Source: Calcarisporiella thermophila CBS 279.70
Lineage: Eukaryota; Fungi; Calcarisporiellomycota
Length of the DNA stretch: 64,000 bases
Direction: 5' to 3'
NCBI RefSeq assembly: GCF_041956535.1
Contig: NW_027192198.1
Coordinates: 442,714-506,713, forward strand
In this document: positions 49,301-63,216 of the stretch, piece after piece
How positions within the stretch are numbered: position 1 is the first letter of the stretch
Layout: each line of letters starts with the position of its first letter
Program-made: the position numbers and the translations under genes
Notes under the pieces: model-generated
Told to the model about the DNA's origin: nothing
Database searches by the model: none
What the model saw: only the letters and a program-made list of their open reading frames with translations

Positions 49301-51026
49301 TCTGGTCCATTTGATTCTGGCTAAATCTGTTTATAACTTTAAGGAATTCGTGATATGCCTGTTTGTTATTGATATGTCGCTTGGCTTGTTCAAAGAATTG
49401 AGTCTCCTCAAGCAGGCCAGGAGGTTGAGATGAGTCATCTCCGTAAGAGGGTGCCGATGTTCCATCGCCAGCCTGTTTATGATAGTGTTTTGAGCGCTTC
49501 TGTTTCTAAGTGAACGAAAATATTAGATGGTTTTTAGAAATTATGTATAAAATTGGCTTGCCTTGGTGGAAGAAAGGGCCTTATCTGAAACAGACGGGCG
49601 TCCCTTCTTTTTCGCACCTGAAGTAATAGCAGATGATCCAGGTGTTGACATATTTGCTGTGCCATTTCGGTGACTCTCTGTAGCAGGATATGAACCTGGA
49701 GACGTGAAATTACCAACAGGGGGAAACCGACCACCAAAATCTAAAAAGCATGTGAAATTAGCAATAGAATACAATGCCTTTAGCGAAACCATTCTTACGT
49801 GACTGGGAGACATTCCCTTGAGATGGATAGTTGCTATTAAAAATTGAGGGAGGGGGAAGCTGAGGTCCATGTGCTGAGAGCTCGGGCAGAAACTGCTTAA
49901 ACTCAGAAAGTAGATCGGGAGCCGAGTTAAATAGTATTTGAACTTGAGCATATACCTAAAAATAACAAAACAAATATTTAAAATATGTGTTGTACGCGTA
50001 TATTGATATAATCATTACTTCTTGGATAGGCTTCTGCTCCTTTTGATATGTCTGTAATATTTCTAAGAATTGCTTGTATGTTTCAGGGTCGTTCGAGAAG
50101 CGATTCTAATAAGGAAAGATGAGAGTAAGTCAATAGCCACTAGAAAATGCACTAGTAACATATAGCAGAAAAATACCTTTATCTTGTTAACATAATTAAT
50201 AGCATAATCAAATTCAACCGGACCTCGAGGTTGGCCGGATGAACCAACATGTTGAGAGGCTCCACTTGGGCCATGGTATGAAGTAATTGGCGCTGATGGA
50301 TGCAAAGGTTTGGGGGCTGAGTGGGACATTGTGCTTACCGATTGAGGTGGCGGTGGTGGCGGAGGGGGAAGTTGGCCATGTGAAGGAGAGTGCGAGTAGT
50401 TTCCAGATATATGATAATAGTGAGTCGGATGTAACGTGCTATTGTATGGCATCGGTCCCGCCAGATGCGTTTGGGTTGCTCCCTTAGGTGTGGTGACACG
50501 AATGATATCAGGAGAGTGAGGATCGGGCTCAATGCGATAGCCAGGTGGTAAAAATGTATTGAACCCTGAGATAAGACTTGGATGACCTTTAAATAGAGTG
50601 GAAACTCTATCGATTACTCCTGGAGTATCGATACTAGTAGAGTTTTATTAATTAAAGAGTGAGTGTTCGTCAAACATTGTTATAATAAAAAAGCATGCAT
50701 TCTTACTTTTGACTCTTGAATTCTTTCATTATATCCAAGAACTTGTTATATACCTCTGGCTGACCAGCGAATTGAAGCTTCACTTCGTCCAGATAAAGCA
50801 AAGCATCCTTCACATTTAATGGCCGGTGAGCCGATGAGTCCGAGTTAGGGTTCATAGGCATAGATTGAGCTTGCAGCTGAGTTTCCATTAGTAAACCGCC
50901 AGGTGTTCCAGGTAAATTGGGCTGTCGTGGAGGTACGGCGCTCATTCCAGCTCCTACAGGCGCCACTGCGGATGTAGGTGTAGCAGCTGTACTAGCTAAA
51001 TGACTTTCTGAAGGTGGGTTTATCAT
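46301..51026 (-). CDS. SIN3: Paired amphipathic helix corepressor Sin3
   Basis: PAH1 ([17 protein letters not shown]...[14 protein letters not shown]), PAH2 ([17 protein letters not shown]), PAH3, HDAC-interaction domain (PSYRLL...[28 protein letters not shown]), Sin3_C region. Confidence 0.93.
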
Positions 51027-51610
51027 CCGCGAAGTAGAAAAATTGCTCTGCAGTGAGCAGTCTGTATTCAATAAAAACACTCGATCGGAACTAAATAGGG
51101 CTATTTAAAAAATAGAGCAAGATAATAAGCATCAGTAAAATATCTTTGCAAAAGTGATGCATAAGAATCTTCTTCGGTTGTAATAACCTCTTTCTTGCCT
51201 ATCAATTTAAACGGAAGTTTGTGAAAGAAAGGGTAGACTTTTCAAAAAACCATTGCGCGCGAACTTTGCTCCCTGTGACTTCTCTCCTTCTGATACGTCA
51301 CCAGTGTGGCTTGTAAATTCATATCTGGAATTTCTCTTTATGCTCGATAATATTTTAGGATCGTTGATCTATAATTTTATATGCATTGATTTCACGCATT
51401 ATAGATTATATTGCAAGTTATTTTTTTCTCATATCAATCTTTATTAATCTACATTAGCATTTTCCAAGCACTCTCTTCGGCTTTTGGCGATCTTACATTC
51501 TCGCAGGCTTGAAGGAGATTGAAGGTTACAATATCATACAACTGATGAGTGCAATATATAGTTTGTCAACGCAACGTGCGAGCAGTTATTCAAGGATAGC
51601 ATAATACATC

Positions 51611-54275
51611 ATGTCGCTTCTAAAATGGATGGTGGGAGCGGTAATATTTTTTTATTCTGTGCGTGTAAATCTATAAAGTTTCTCATTCGATCTATTCACG
51701 TAGTCCGCAAAACCAACAGCTAGCGATACATGGACTGATACATCAGAGAAATTCACCGGATTAGAAAATTTCGGAAACACATGGTGTTTACCTATTTTTT
51801 AGCTCCTTGCATCAACTTAAACTAATCTTGGCTTTTTAGTTACTGCAATTCTGTACTGCAGGCACTATACTATTGTAAACCATTTCGAGAGTGTGTCAAC
51901 AATTACCCCAATGCATTCATCTCTTTCTCTCTACCTACGCCTCAACCATCTACGCCAATTTTGTCTGCAACGAGTAATCAGCAATCTTATTTTCCTCCTA
52001 TATCGATGCCGCCCACAAATGTCTCTAAGAAAGATTTGGCGAGCCAAGGAAGTAAAAGTCGTTCATCGTTTGAAGATAAAAATGATACAAAACCACAGTC
52101 TGCGCCCTCGAAAATTATTTATTCTTCGGCAACATCCAGTTCAGCAACTCTTTTGGATACCGGCTCCGCAATGCACCATATTACAGTGCCTGGATTGGAG
52201 GATTCGATATTTCTCTCACTGAAAAATTTATTCTGGAAACTCACTCAGCAACGAAAGAAGCATGGCATAGTGGCTCCAACCGCTTTTGTGGCAAAGTTGA
52301 AGAAAGAAAATGGTGAGGAGGCCTTGAATATTAGATACCTGTTTTATTTACTCCTAACTCTATTATCTCACTTGATAGAATTATTCCGCGGAAATGCCCA
52401 CCAAGACGCCCACGAATTTCTGATGTATCTTTTAAATGCCATCGCTGAAGATGTTCTTGGCTATCAAAAGAAAATGGCTCAAGAGCACCAGCAGCAACAG
52501 GGAGCAAAGCCACCTATGAATACTATTTATACAAATGGCTTCTTAAACGGACATGCCCAGACGCATTACGCATCATCGAGAAGTTCTCTCAACGGTCGAT
52601 CGAGCGAAGAGAGCACAGGGGACTCAACTCCAAAACTATTGTTTGAGCAGAGCAATCACTCCGAATCAAATACATGGATCCACCAGCTATTTGAGGGAAT
52701 ACTCACAAATGAAACGCGCTGCTTAACCTGCGAAACTGTAAGTGTAGTTATGCTACGATAATGTGGCCAGTCTTGACTTCATATTCTTCTCAATTAGGTT
52801 ACTTGTAGAGACGAATCATTCCTCGATCTTTCTATCGATATCCAAGAAAATTCCTCTGTAACATCCTGTCTACGACAGTTTTCGGCAAGCGAAATGCTCT
52901 GTCAGCGCAATAAATTTTTTTGCGACTATTGCTGCAGTTTACAAGAAGCTGAGAAGAGGTAACGTTTTTTTTTGGATATTATTGGCCTTGTGACAACTCT
53001 TTTGAACCATCGAACATTGAACGTTAGAATGAAAATCAAAAAACTACCCTATGTACTGGCATTGCATCTCAAGCGGTTTAAATACCAGGAGCGACTTCAG
53101 CGATATATCAAGCTCTCCTATCGTGTCATGTTCCCTTTTGAATTACGCCTATTTAATACTGTAAGCTGCTAATTTTTTTGATTTACTTTTCCACCGCTAA
53201 TCAGATATCTGTAATTAGTCCGACGATGCTGAGGATTCCGATCGAATGTATGAATTGTTTGCGATCGTGGTGCATATTGGAAGGTTGGTGTTGGCATCTT
53301 TTTTTTTTTGGTTAACCCTCCTTATTAAACATTTATTTTCAGTGGGCCTCATCATGGCCATTATGTAGCTATTATTAAAACGGGTGGCAAATGGGTTCTA
53401 TTTGATGATGATACTGTGGAGGTAGAATTTATATCACTCTATGAATACTTTTTAAGTCTCCGTTATCATTTGAGCTAATGTCATTTGGTTTAAACTAGAC
53501 AATTGATGAATCAGAGATAGCAAAATATTTTGGCGACACTCCAGGTACTGGTTCAGGCTACGTTCTATTTTACCAAGCCACTGAGCTTGAATCCCTTGAC
53601 CCCTCCAATTCCACAAACTCTGAGCCTGCTCCGTCCGCTCCTGTGACACTCGACACCCCAAACGACAACCAATTTATACCACTACCTTCTGAGCCACATC
53701 CTAAATTTGCCTACCATGCGAGCAAAGAAAGGGCTACAAGTTATCCTCAGACTGAACTAGAAGTGGGCATGGCAACTGCTGCCACTGTTACGACCTCTGC
53801 TGCTCCCCTCGCTCCTTCCCTAGACATAACTACCACTAAGGATAAAAGTGAAAAATCCGGCTCCTTCTTCAATTTGCGGTCGCGTAGAAGAGATAAAGAT
53901 AAAGATAAAGAAAGAGAAAAAGAAAAGGAAAAAGAAAAACGGGCGGATGGAGCCACAGCCAGTGCAACCGAAAACGGTGATTTAAATGCAATGTCTGCAG
54001 CAATACCGGCAATTCCAATTACGGCAATGCCCTTAGCTGAAGAGAGGAGGTGGTTTGGACGTTTGCGAAAAGACAAGGATAAATTCAAGAATCTGAATGC
54101 AATGCCCGACCCTAGCAACAACGACTTCTTGCTCTCAATAGCAAACTCTGCCGCGGGGATTCCTTCGCTATCTCGCAGATCCCCCTCGCCCTCTAGAAGT
54201 AATGGCAGTAGCCGCAAAGGCGAAATGGAATTCAGAGCGCAGGCCGTGAACGGCTACGTTGGCGATTTTAAATAG
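51611..54275 (+). CDS. Ubiquitin-specific protease, USP12/USP46 (Ubp9/Ubp13/CreB) family
   Basis: [84 protein letters not shown]. Confidence 0.94.
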
Positions 54276-54710
54276 ATTATCTAGTTATCATGAACTAATA
54301 TATTCCTTATTTTTTCAAGACTTTATTTTTTTCCCTTTGTTTACCGATTAAGCCTCTCCTCTATTTTGTGCTTTTGCATTGCCCTCCCCCTCTCCCTCCC
54401 CTCCTAATCGTTCTATTATCTTGTGCGCACCTAGACAGCACCGCAAAATGATAGCCTTCATTTCACGACGATGCTCTTAATGGATCATTAGTGTGAAAAT
54501 ATGAAAATTTTTGTATTTTATATGTGTAATTTCACATATCTTCATTCCAAAGTCTTGTCAAGGCGAACTATCCCATTTGTCTTTATTATTAAACACATAT
54601 TCACAAATATCAAAACAGAGAAAACTCCAGAAAAAAATAATAGAATTTCCCCTGCATGAAATCAAGCAAAAGAACAAAAATGTAAAAATTACAATGTTAC
54701 AGTGGTTGCT

Positions 54711-56226
54711 TCACCGCCTCAGGCGCTTCTCCTCCAGCTTCTGCATTTTTCCTTCAAAAAACCCTTGGATATCCTCGCTCGTTACAGTCTTGCCGGACTC
54801 GACAAATGGTCGCAGGAATGTGCGTAATTGATCGCGGAGCTTATTATATGCGATTGCACCCTCGATGGCTTGGATACGGTCCATACGCGACAGTTGATTC
54901 ATACCAGCCTCAAGTAACGACACACCTTCAAAAAAAAGTAATCAAACTCAAAATCACATTATCTTTCTCATGAACGCCCTGGCTTACCCCTATCTTTGTC
55001 GAGTTCAGGCTCATAGGTCTGCTCCTCTCCGAGCAAAAACTCTATATTTTGCCGTTTATATAGAATCTTACACTAAATAGGGACAAAAATATATTAGCCC
55101 GAGCTTTAAATCACTGTTGAAAAGAACTACCTCATCACATTGGCAAAGTGTTGATCGCCAGCCTTCCTTTAAAAATAAATCTACCCTCCCGCTATCATCT
55201 GGATACTCGAATAAACCAATTAGTATTGCGTGTCAAACTCAAATGGTAATTCTAGGCATCCTACCATTCCCCAGCTGACATTTGTTCTGCAACTTTGCTT
55301 TCTTTATCGAGTAAGTCTCTTCCTCATTATTACAGCGCTTTCGTGAGCCCACCTCATCCACCAACTCGCTATTCGTATGCTTTTCGTTCTCCACAGATGC
55401 TTCTTCCTTTTTCACCCCATGAATATCACACTGTTCACCCTTTTCACTTGTGGCCTTCACCTCTCCATCGACATTAAATGAAATTCCTTCCAATTGATTT
55501 ACCTTCCCACCCGGAAGAGACCGGCCCCGTATAAATCGACTATTATGGTATCTCCGGAGAAAAGGATGCTCTTCTGTACATGTGCGGCATATATAGTCGT
55601 CAAAATCGTCTGAGGGAGGCATCTAGCATAATTTCGGAAATAAATGGAAAGGCGAAAAAACTACCTATTAGTATAAATATATATACCTCGCCGATGCAAC
55701 TGTCATGATACCAGTCCTCGCATACTATACACTTAAGATGGATACACTTTTATATACACCCGTGAGATTGGTCGACAAACATTCTGCAGTGGCTTACTTG
55801 ATACATGCTAGATGTTTCACTTTCAGGATCATAGATAGTGTTGCACCAGCAAAATCTACCTTCGAAGTTATGTCCATATTTATTCTCCAAGTTGCTCTCT
55901 GCCCCCTCTTTTTTGTCCAAGGTACATGGGGTCTTGCATTGCAATCCACAGTCGCAGCGGAAATGCCGCTTGTGGAAGAGCTCGACTAAATCATGATCGC
56001 CGTGACATGCAATTGAACAGCTGTAGCAAAAACCGGCTGGTGAAGATGCACCAGGCGGTGTGCAAGTACGACAGACGTAAACTGACTGGCGAATATATCC
56101 GAGGGAGTATGTGCACTTTTCAAAGTCATAGGGTAACACTTCGGCCGCCTCCCGCTCTTGAGCAAGCTGGGACTCGATGAAGTCAACGAGCGTAACGACG
56201 GTGTCTTGAATTTGGTTTTCGTTCAT
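54711..56226 (-). CDS. UBR7: UBR7/Mlo2-like E3 ligase (UBR box + PHD finger)
   Basis: CTYSLGYIRQSVYVCRTC...CYSCSIACHGDHDLVELFHKRHFRCDCG, NKYGHNFEGRFCWC...MYQCSICEDWYH, C-terminal LRPFVESGKTVTSEDIQGFF. Confidence 0.93.
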
Positions 56227-56460
56227 GATTGCTCCGGATTGCTCCGCTCACACTTGGCCTCTTACAACAAAAAATGTAAACTTGAAATAAGAGGGATGCT
56301 CGCGTATCTTAATTATTTCTGAGAAAGCGAGGACGCGAAAAAAAATTGCTGTGTGACGTTGCCAGAGATAAAAAAGTAAGGTCGACTAGAATACTTCTGA
56401 GGATCTCCATTAAAACCCAACAACAATCCATCCCTTTAATCGTGAAAGAGAAGCACAAAG

Positions 56461-57263
56461 ATGGTAATCCCTGCTGTTTATTATCTGTCTCGACTAACAC
56501 TAATTTTTCCAATTCTCATGATTTAGTCAAATACTCTACGTCCATATCTCACAGCAGTAAGATCGACACTCACTGCCGCCATGTGCCTAGAGAATTTCTC
56601 TTCGCAGATTGCCGAGAGACACAATCGTCCTGAGGTGGAGGCACAGTATGTGATGCCATGATAATTTACTGACCCATTACCTCGTAATAACATGAAAAAT
56701 GCTTCTGCGACAACCATAGAACAACTATAGAGGCCCTACTCAATCCTCTGGTCATCAGCCGTAATGAGAATGAAAAGGTGCTTATTGAACCGTCAATTAA
56801 CTCGGTCCGTGTGAGCATTAAGATTAAGCAAGCGGATGAGATCGAGCATATATTATGTCATAAATTCATGCGGTTCCTAACGCAACGTGCCGAGAGTTTT
56901 GTGATCCTGCGGCGCAAGCCTATCGAGGTATGTCGCCGAGAAGAAGGCACCAGAAGTTCGAAAATGAAAACGATGAAAGCGCATTTACATTTATCTGATT
57001 CAATAGGGCTATGATATTTCGTTTCTCATCACCAATTTCCACACAGAGCAGATGTTCAAGCACAAGCTGGTCGATTTTATAATCCAGTTCATGGAAGAGG
57101 TTGACAAAGAGATTAGCGAGATGAAACTCAGTTTAAATGCAAGGGCACGCATTGTCGCCGAAAGCTACTTATCACAGGTAAGCTCAGCTGTCTATCGTTT
57201 TTGCAATCTCTTAACCCGCCTTTACTTATTTTCTGTCGCTTTTCTTGGCAATAGTTCGCCTAA
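56461..57263 (+). CDS. ARPC4: Arp2/3 complex subunit 4 (p20-Arc/Arc19)
   Basis: M|[38 protein letters not shown]...[22 protein letters not shown]...[12 protein letters not shown]...[29 protein letters not shown]. Confidence 0.97.
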
Positions 57264-57438
57264 TATATGTTGTCTTGACGTGTTCCTTATTATTCCATCC
57301 CATACATTATCTTCTTTAGATGGTCTTTTCTCATCAAGGTCAAAAGAAATATCTCTCTCTATATATTTACATAACTGCGTGAAGAAAAAAGGCATACAAT
57401 CAAGAATGAGGCAAAATTAATTGATATTCAGAATAGTG

Positions 57439-57786
57439 TTAAGTCTTTGATGCATTCTCAAGATGAATCCATGGATCCTCAACAAATGATTTCTTGTAAT
57501 ACACCATTACTTGCTCTCCATCCTGTTCATCAACTATAGAAAATGCAGTAGGAGAGAGCGATTCACCCTCTCGATTTCGTTTCTTCATAGAAAAGCATTC
57601 ATTGTGAGAGTCGACTTTTATATATTAAAAATTCCCCATTAAATTTACCAGCGGATTAAAAGGTCTTCCCCCGCGTCCTCTACCACGATATCCCCCCCGG
57701 CTTCCAAAAGATCTTGTTTGTTGCCGCGGATTAGGCGCGATGTTCGATATTGAATTGGTGGAATGATCGTTCAAAGGGTTTTCCAT
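57439..57786 (-). CDS. Small MPLKIP/TTDN1/SICKLE-like protein (RGG region + C-terminal YYxxSxxEDPW motif)
   Basis: Exon 57786-57649, 66-nt phase-0 GT-AG intron, exon 57582-57439: MENPLNDH...SRGGYRGRGRGGRPFNPL|KRNREG...VYYKKSFVEDPWIHLENASKT*. Not in the ORF track. Confidence 0.72.
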
Positions 57787-58912
57787 ATTTTACTCTTCAG
57801 TGGTTGGGGACGAGAATATAAAAAATCAAAAATTGCCTCTTCTGACTTAATATGTGAGTGTCCCAAGAGCTGAATCGATGTGTAAAGTTCGCGTCGAAAT
57901 GAATTCATCCCATACATCGAATATGTACAAATACAAATGACCATCATATAAATATGAGAAAGGATTAGTCAAGGGACTTGAAAAAAATACATCTTTAATC
58001 AACAGCATGTTGTAGGATTTTGCCCTTGGCTTTATGGTAAGTTCACATAGTTTTGCGTGCTCTTACATTGTCTCAAAGACAAACAGAGCATATTTCGAGC
58101 CTAGCTTATTACGCGTTTGGTTAACATTATTTTAAATCGTGTCTCAAACATAAGGAAATTCAGCATCTGAAATCTCCAGCAATTGCAATTAATACTCTTT
58201 ATTGAGTGTGTTAACATGTGTAGAGAATCTTTCCTTTTAACACTAGCAATATTCAAACCAGAATACTTGGATACCCGAGGTAATACCTACAATAGCAGAA
58301 CAACCTTCGATTAATATTAAGATGCTCTCAGCAATATTGAAATAAAAAAAATGAATAATGGGTATGGATCAGATATAATCTACTATCTATTCCCAAACAT
58401 AAATCTTCATATAAGCAATCGGTTGTCCCTATGCTTTTGATCATCATTCCAACCCAGATTAAGAGAATATTAGTGAAAGTACCAACCTCTAATTCTTTAT
58501 AAATTGTCTGAAAACTCCAGATTGGATACTATAGCTATCTATTGCTGCACGTAATTTCGTTCATCAACTAATCCACCCTAGTGATGAAACTCGATACTAA
58601 ATAAGTGAGTGAAAATAAGAAAGAGAAAGAAAAGAAAGAGAAGATAAGTTCAAAATAAAATGTCGAGCTCACTATTTAAGCTTGCGCTTTTGTTTACTGT
58701 GACTGCATGTTTAAATGCTTAGATATATTTGACTTGATATATTTGCCGCTTGGATCCTACTATATAGATCGACAAAATGTGTATGTGAAATAGGAGATCA
58801 TTTAGCCTACAGAAAAGAGATCACTCACTTGAAAGCATGGTTAAATTAGAAACGGTTCTCCCCACGTGATATGGACCTAAGTCTCTACTGATAAAACCCA
58901 CTCTATATCCAT

Positions 58913-61900
58913 TCATTCTCGAAAATATATGTTATCCAATCCCAGTCCAAAGTCAATTACTTCCTTAGATTTTCCGCGCGTATCTCTATTTGTGTCTAGT
59001 GATGCATCATTTGGAGAAAAGAAACAACCGTCCATCTCTCTAATTGAAGTAGCTTTCATGCGGGACATCGTCTGCGCAAGATTCTGGACCCTTTCGATAA
59101 GATTTTCGTTGTTGAAAGATATATTTTGCCCAAGATGCAGGGGCTGTTGTTGATAGCGATAAGTGGAAACTGGTTGATTTGAGGCGGGATGCACTGACAT
59201 TGGCTGTCGGGATTGAATCAAAGGAAGTTGGTTGGGAGTCAGTGAACGTATATCTACATCAATATCAAAATGATGAGTCTGTTCAAAGGGGGGTGAGAAC
59301 AAATTAAAAATGGCCATGAATGATACTTGATTCCTTCAGCGATAAGCATGTTGCCGTCTTCTTCGAATGCTTCTGTAGAATGTTGTGTTGACTTATGGCA
59401 TGTCTTGTAATATTCCCAAACGGGAGACGGCTCTCATGTTGTGGGGGTTGAGATGGGTACTCAAATGGAGGACAATGAATCGAACGCATAGAATGGGGGA
59501 AAAATGCAGTGGAGGGTTGTGACACAGTCCTATAATCCAGCTCAATCGGTGCAAGAAGTGCATCGCTACTGGAAACGGAAGCTTCTAAAACAGGCCGCGA
59601 CATAATGTCGGTTGAACTAGAAACATTGGTTGGTGTCGATGACACGGCGGCGAGCTGGCGATCAATATCTGCAGGCCATTTTTGTCCCCTATCCCAATAG
59701 TCATTCCATAGAGACCCAAGCAAAGGCAAGCACCAAAAATGAAGGGTTAAATTCCTAATTGTATCGATAGAGCCCATTTTTAGATATAATATTATAAATA
59801 AATCTTACGATATGTTCAAGAGCAAGTTTTTCTGTTTCTCGGTGAATGCAGGGCATAGAATGCCGGTTCGAACCAATCGCTCCATAAGGGTCTCGTTTAT
59901 CTGCCCGTAATCTCGACTAAGATGAAATTTCAGGTGCTCGATAGAAACTAAACAAATTGAAAAAAGGAGCGAGTTCAAATCCAGGGCAATGCAAAGTGAA
60001 TTTAGAATTGGAGCTTACTCTTTAACATCTCGAATAGATGATCCCGTTGAAGAGTAGTAACAATATACACTTGATGCCACGGGTATTTGCTAACAACAGA
60101 AATAACGTTCTCAAATGGGCGCTCAACGCATTTTCTAGAAAAATGAATCTAATACCCAAAAAAAAAAATGGATTATCGATTAGGTGCTTATAAAAAATCT
60201 AGCATTTATCCAGGTTGAAATGACTCTAAAATTTCGACATATGACAAGCAGAGAGTTGATTTCCTCGCGTTTTATAAAAGCGGGGAAATAGAGCTCCCGA
60301 CCTTCAGCATGATGATGGGATAAGGTTGCTTCAAGTTCTTTGGTAATAACTCCATTACATCCTATGAATTCGCCCGGCCAGCGAGGAAATATCATTCGCA
60401 TTAATTCTTCCTGTGAACTCCTGGATACGGATACTAGTCTCCCTTTAAGCGGTTTGTTGTTACGGCTGAGTGCCCTGGCTGCATCCGCTTCAGTAGCAAA
60501 CTCGACGAAGCATTCGTTCTTCGTCTTCCCAGTTGATCTGGATGAGTAGCACTATATGGTTACTATTGACTATATACAATGACTCGAACTATAGCAAGTT
60601 TCCTCACCGATCCATCAGTATCTATTGTGTAAGCAAGAGAGAACTTTGAGACTGGACTGGCATGGATGAAATAGGACCAAACGCTTACATGAATACTCTG
60701 AGCATGAAGATTCCTCGGGGCCAGTTTGCTCGGAGACACAAAATTCTGTATATCATTTTGCGACAAATCCCAAGGAATCTATTGAGAAAAAAAATTTCTT
60801 CAAGTAACCATGACACTCCAACATTGGTGTATGACTATGTTCACATTAACAATCCTCACTACAGGCCATTCGTTTGGGGGTGGAATTCGAATCAATGAGG
60901 TGCCAAAATTGGGCGGAGGACGCTCCTTCTCTCCTTGTTCGATGGAGGCTTGAATCATGGACTGTGTGATTAGACCATGTGCTAAGAGGTAACCACTTGT
61001 TTGGCCCAGTGGTCGAACACCCCCAGGGGCCGATTTTTGGCTTTTATCAGTCTCACTCTGCTCTGGCACCGGTTCAGCCGATCCAGTTCCTGATTGTTCG
61101 CACAAGTCAGTTGGAATAAATCTTTCCACCACCTATATTAGAAAAAGTGTGAGAGTAGACTCTCTCAGTTGATTATGAAAAAAAAACATAGATACCGTAG
61201 CACACAGTGGGCATTCATTTTTTGTTTTAAAAGGATCTTTCACGGTATTTGATCGGATTTTCCCGACACAGTCCGAGCAGAGCCTAACGATTTGTGCAGA
61301 TACAATTTGAGGAATGGGGGGGGGGGAGAAAGATTCAGTTTACATTGGTTTACCTATGGCGACATGGGCTTAGTACTATTTTTGCGGGAAGATGTATGCA
61401 CACATTACACATATCAGTTGGAGGCGACGAGAATTCCATTGTTTTGGTTTGCAATGAAAATGGGCTGAGCGGACGTGGATAGGTATCGGTTGAGATACCA
61501 GGAATATTCTCGCTGCCTTGACTAAGCTCATATACTTGCCCTTCATTAGCCTTGGGTGCCGTAACGCCAATGGGCAGGTGCGCTGCTCTCAATCTATATC
61601 TCGCTTCATTGAATGAAACACGATTTATTGCGTTGTGACCAGATGCGTCCTCTGTATAGCATGTAGCCGAAAACTTGGATATCCCCGTGGCGCTTCTATC
61701 ACTAAAAACCGGAGTACGTGTACTAGGTTCGAAAGCCGAGCCCAGCCCCGTGGTGGGTTTGAAAATACCCGATGAATATTTTGCAGATGGTTCATTTGCC
61801 AGATTAGACCATTCCATCTGTATATCGGACATGATCCATGGAATAACTTTAGGATAAGACGACTATGTAACAGATCGGCCTAGATTCAACATACCTTGGG

Positions 61901-62340
61901 GTACTTGAAGGAGGCTCCAGCAGCATTTTCTTGCTGAGATATTACAGTATTCCTTTGAGATATGCAAGAGCGTGGCGATTGTTCCACGGCGGGAGTATGG
62001 ATTCCCTGCATGCTCTGGAGAGGCGGCTCCGCGTTGAAAGGAGAAAACCGGCCCGAAATAAAACCGGGAGCTTTAGACGAAAAAGTTGTCCAATAGAGGT
62101 GAGGACCAGTGTATGCGCGAATGGAAGAATTGGTTAGAGTCCATTCTAGATTGAATCTCCCAACGAGCCCATTGCGCATATACGCATAGAAAGAAGGCAT
62201 ATATTCAACTCACGTAAACATCTGAGGGCTGGATTGTAGGTTATTGATTGGAGCTGGCTTACTTCAGTGCAATAAAGTGAAGCATCAGGAGCAGTACTGT
62301 GGCTTCTATGCTTTTGCGTTGTTTGCATGCTTTCCTCCAT
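58913..62340 (-). CDS. RING-finger plus RRM (qRRM-like) RNA-binding protein
   Basis: CNVC...LSPCRHR|LCSDCV...CPLC (C3HC4-type RING); VVRIVN|IPWDLSQNDI...IH|ILMDR|STGKTKNECFVEF...LKGRLVSVSRSSQEELM (RRM); helical RPFENVIS...KYPW...QRDHLF region. Both termini are approximate. Confidence 0.75.
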
Positions 62341-63216
62341 TTTCAAGCAAAGATCTAGCATAGAGACTTAGCATACATTGACCAAAACAACAGCTTCGAC
62401 GTTACCCTTTAATCTCGGTAAGCTCTATCTTTATAGCTTCCAGTTGAAAATTTAAGCGAGTAAGAATAGTGATATGGCTCAATTGGCTGGCAACAGCTCA
62501 ATGGTAGAGGTTCGAAAAAGCAAACCGTCCCCGTCCGAAAATTTATCTTCCAATTTAATATGCCTCGATCGATAGCTTCAGATTTCTGATAGCAAATAAA
62601 GAGTTTGAAATCGGTTGCCGATTTGAAAGTTCATGAACTTCTACACAGATCCGCGTGGATTCCTACCTAACTCTCGAAGGGTATTATAAGTGACCATCCA
62701 ACATGAACTCTATCGACCCCTATCTCTCCACTCCCACCTCCCCGCCCCCTTCGTGTCATCGTCCCACTTTATCCGAGTGCTACTCCAAAGCCATGGTGGC
62801 CAAGCTTGACCATGTTTAAGGAGATTAAGCTATTCCTCTTGAGTCACGTAAAACAAAATCGGCAACTATATTATAGAATTCAGGATCCAAAGCTCTCGGA
62901 GAGAGAGGAGGACATGCCAATCAAAAGCTATATAAAATTACAAAAACAAAGAAAGCTACAACTAAGAGGAAAGAAGAGTTAAATATTTTAGATCAATAAG
63001 GAAATTAAAAGGAAATAACAGTGGAATGCTCGAAAATAACCTTTTCGATTTCTAGCCATAAACAGAATAAAACAGATCACTATATATGTTAGAAGGGGGG
63101 GGGGATAATTATTACAGAAAGAAAGAAAGAAAGGAGACAAGTAGGAAATTAAATATACTTTTCTTATAAATTATTCACCAAGGGGGAGGGGAGGGGCAAG
63201 CGTGTCATGGCACCCA

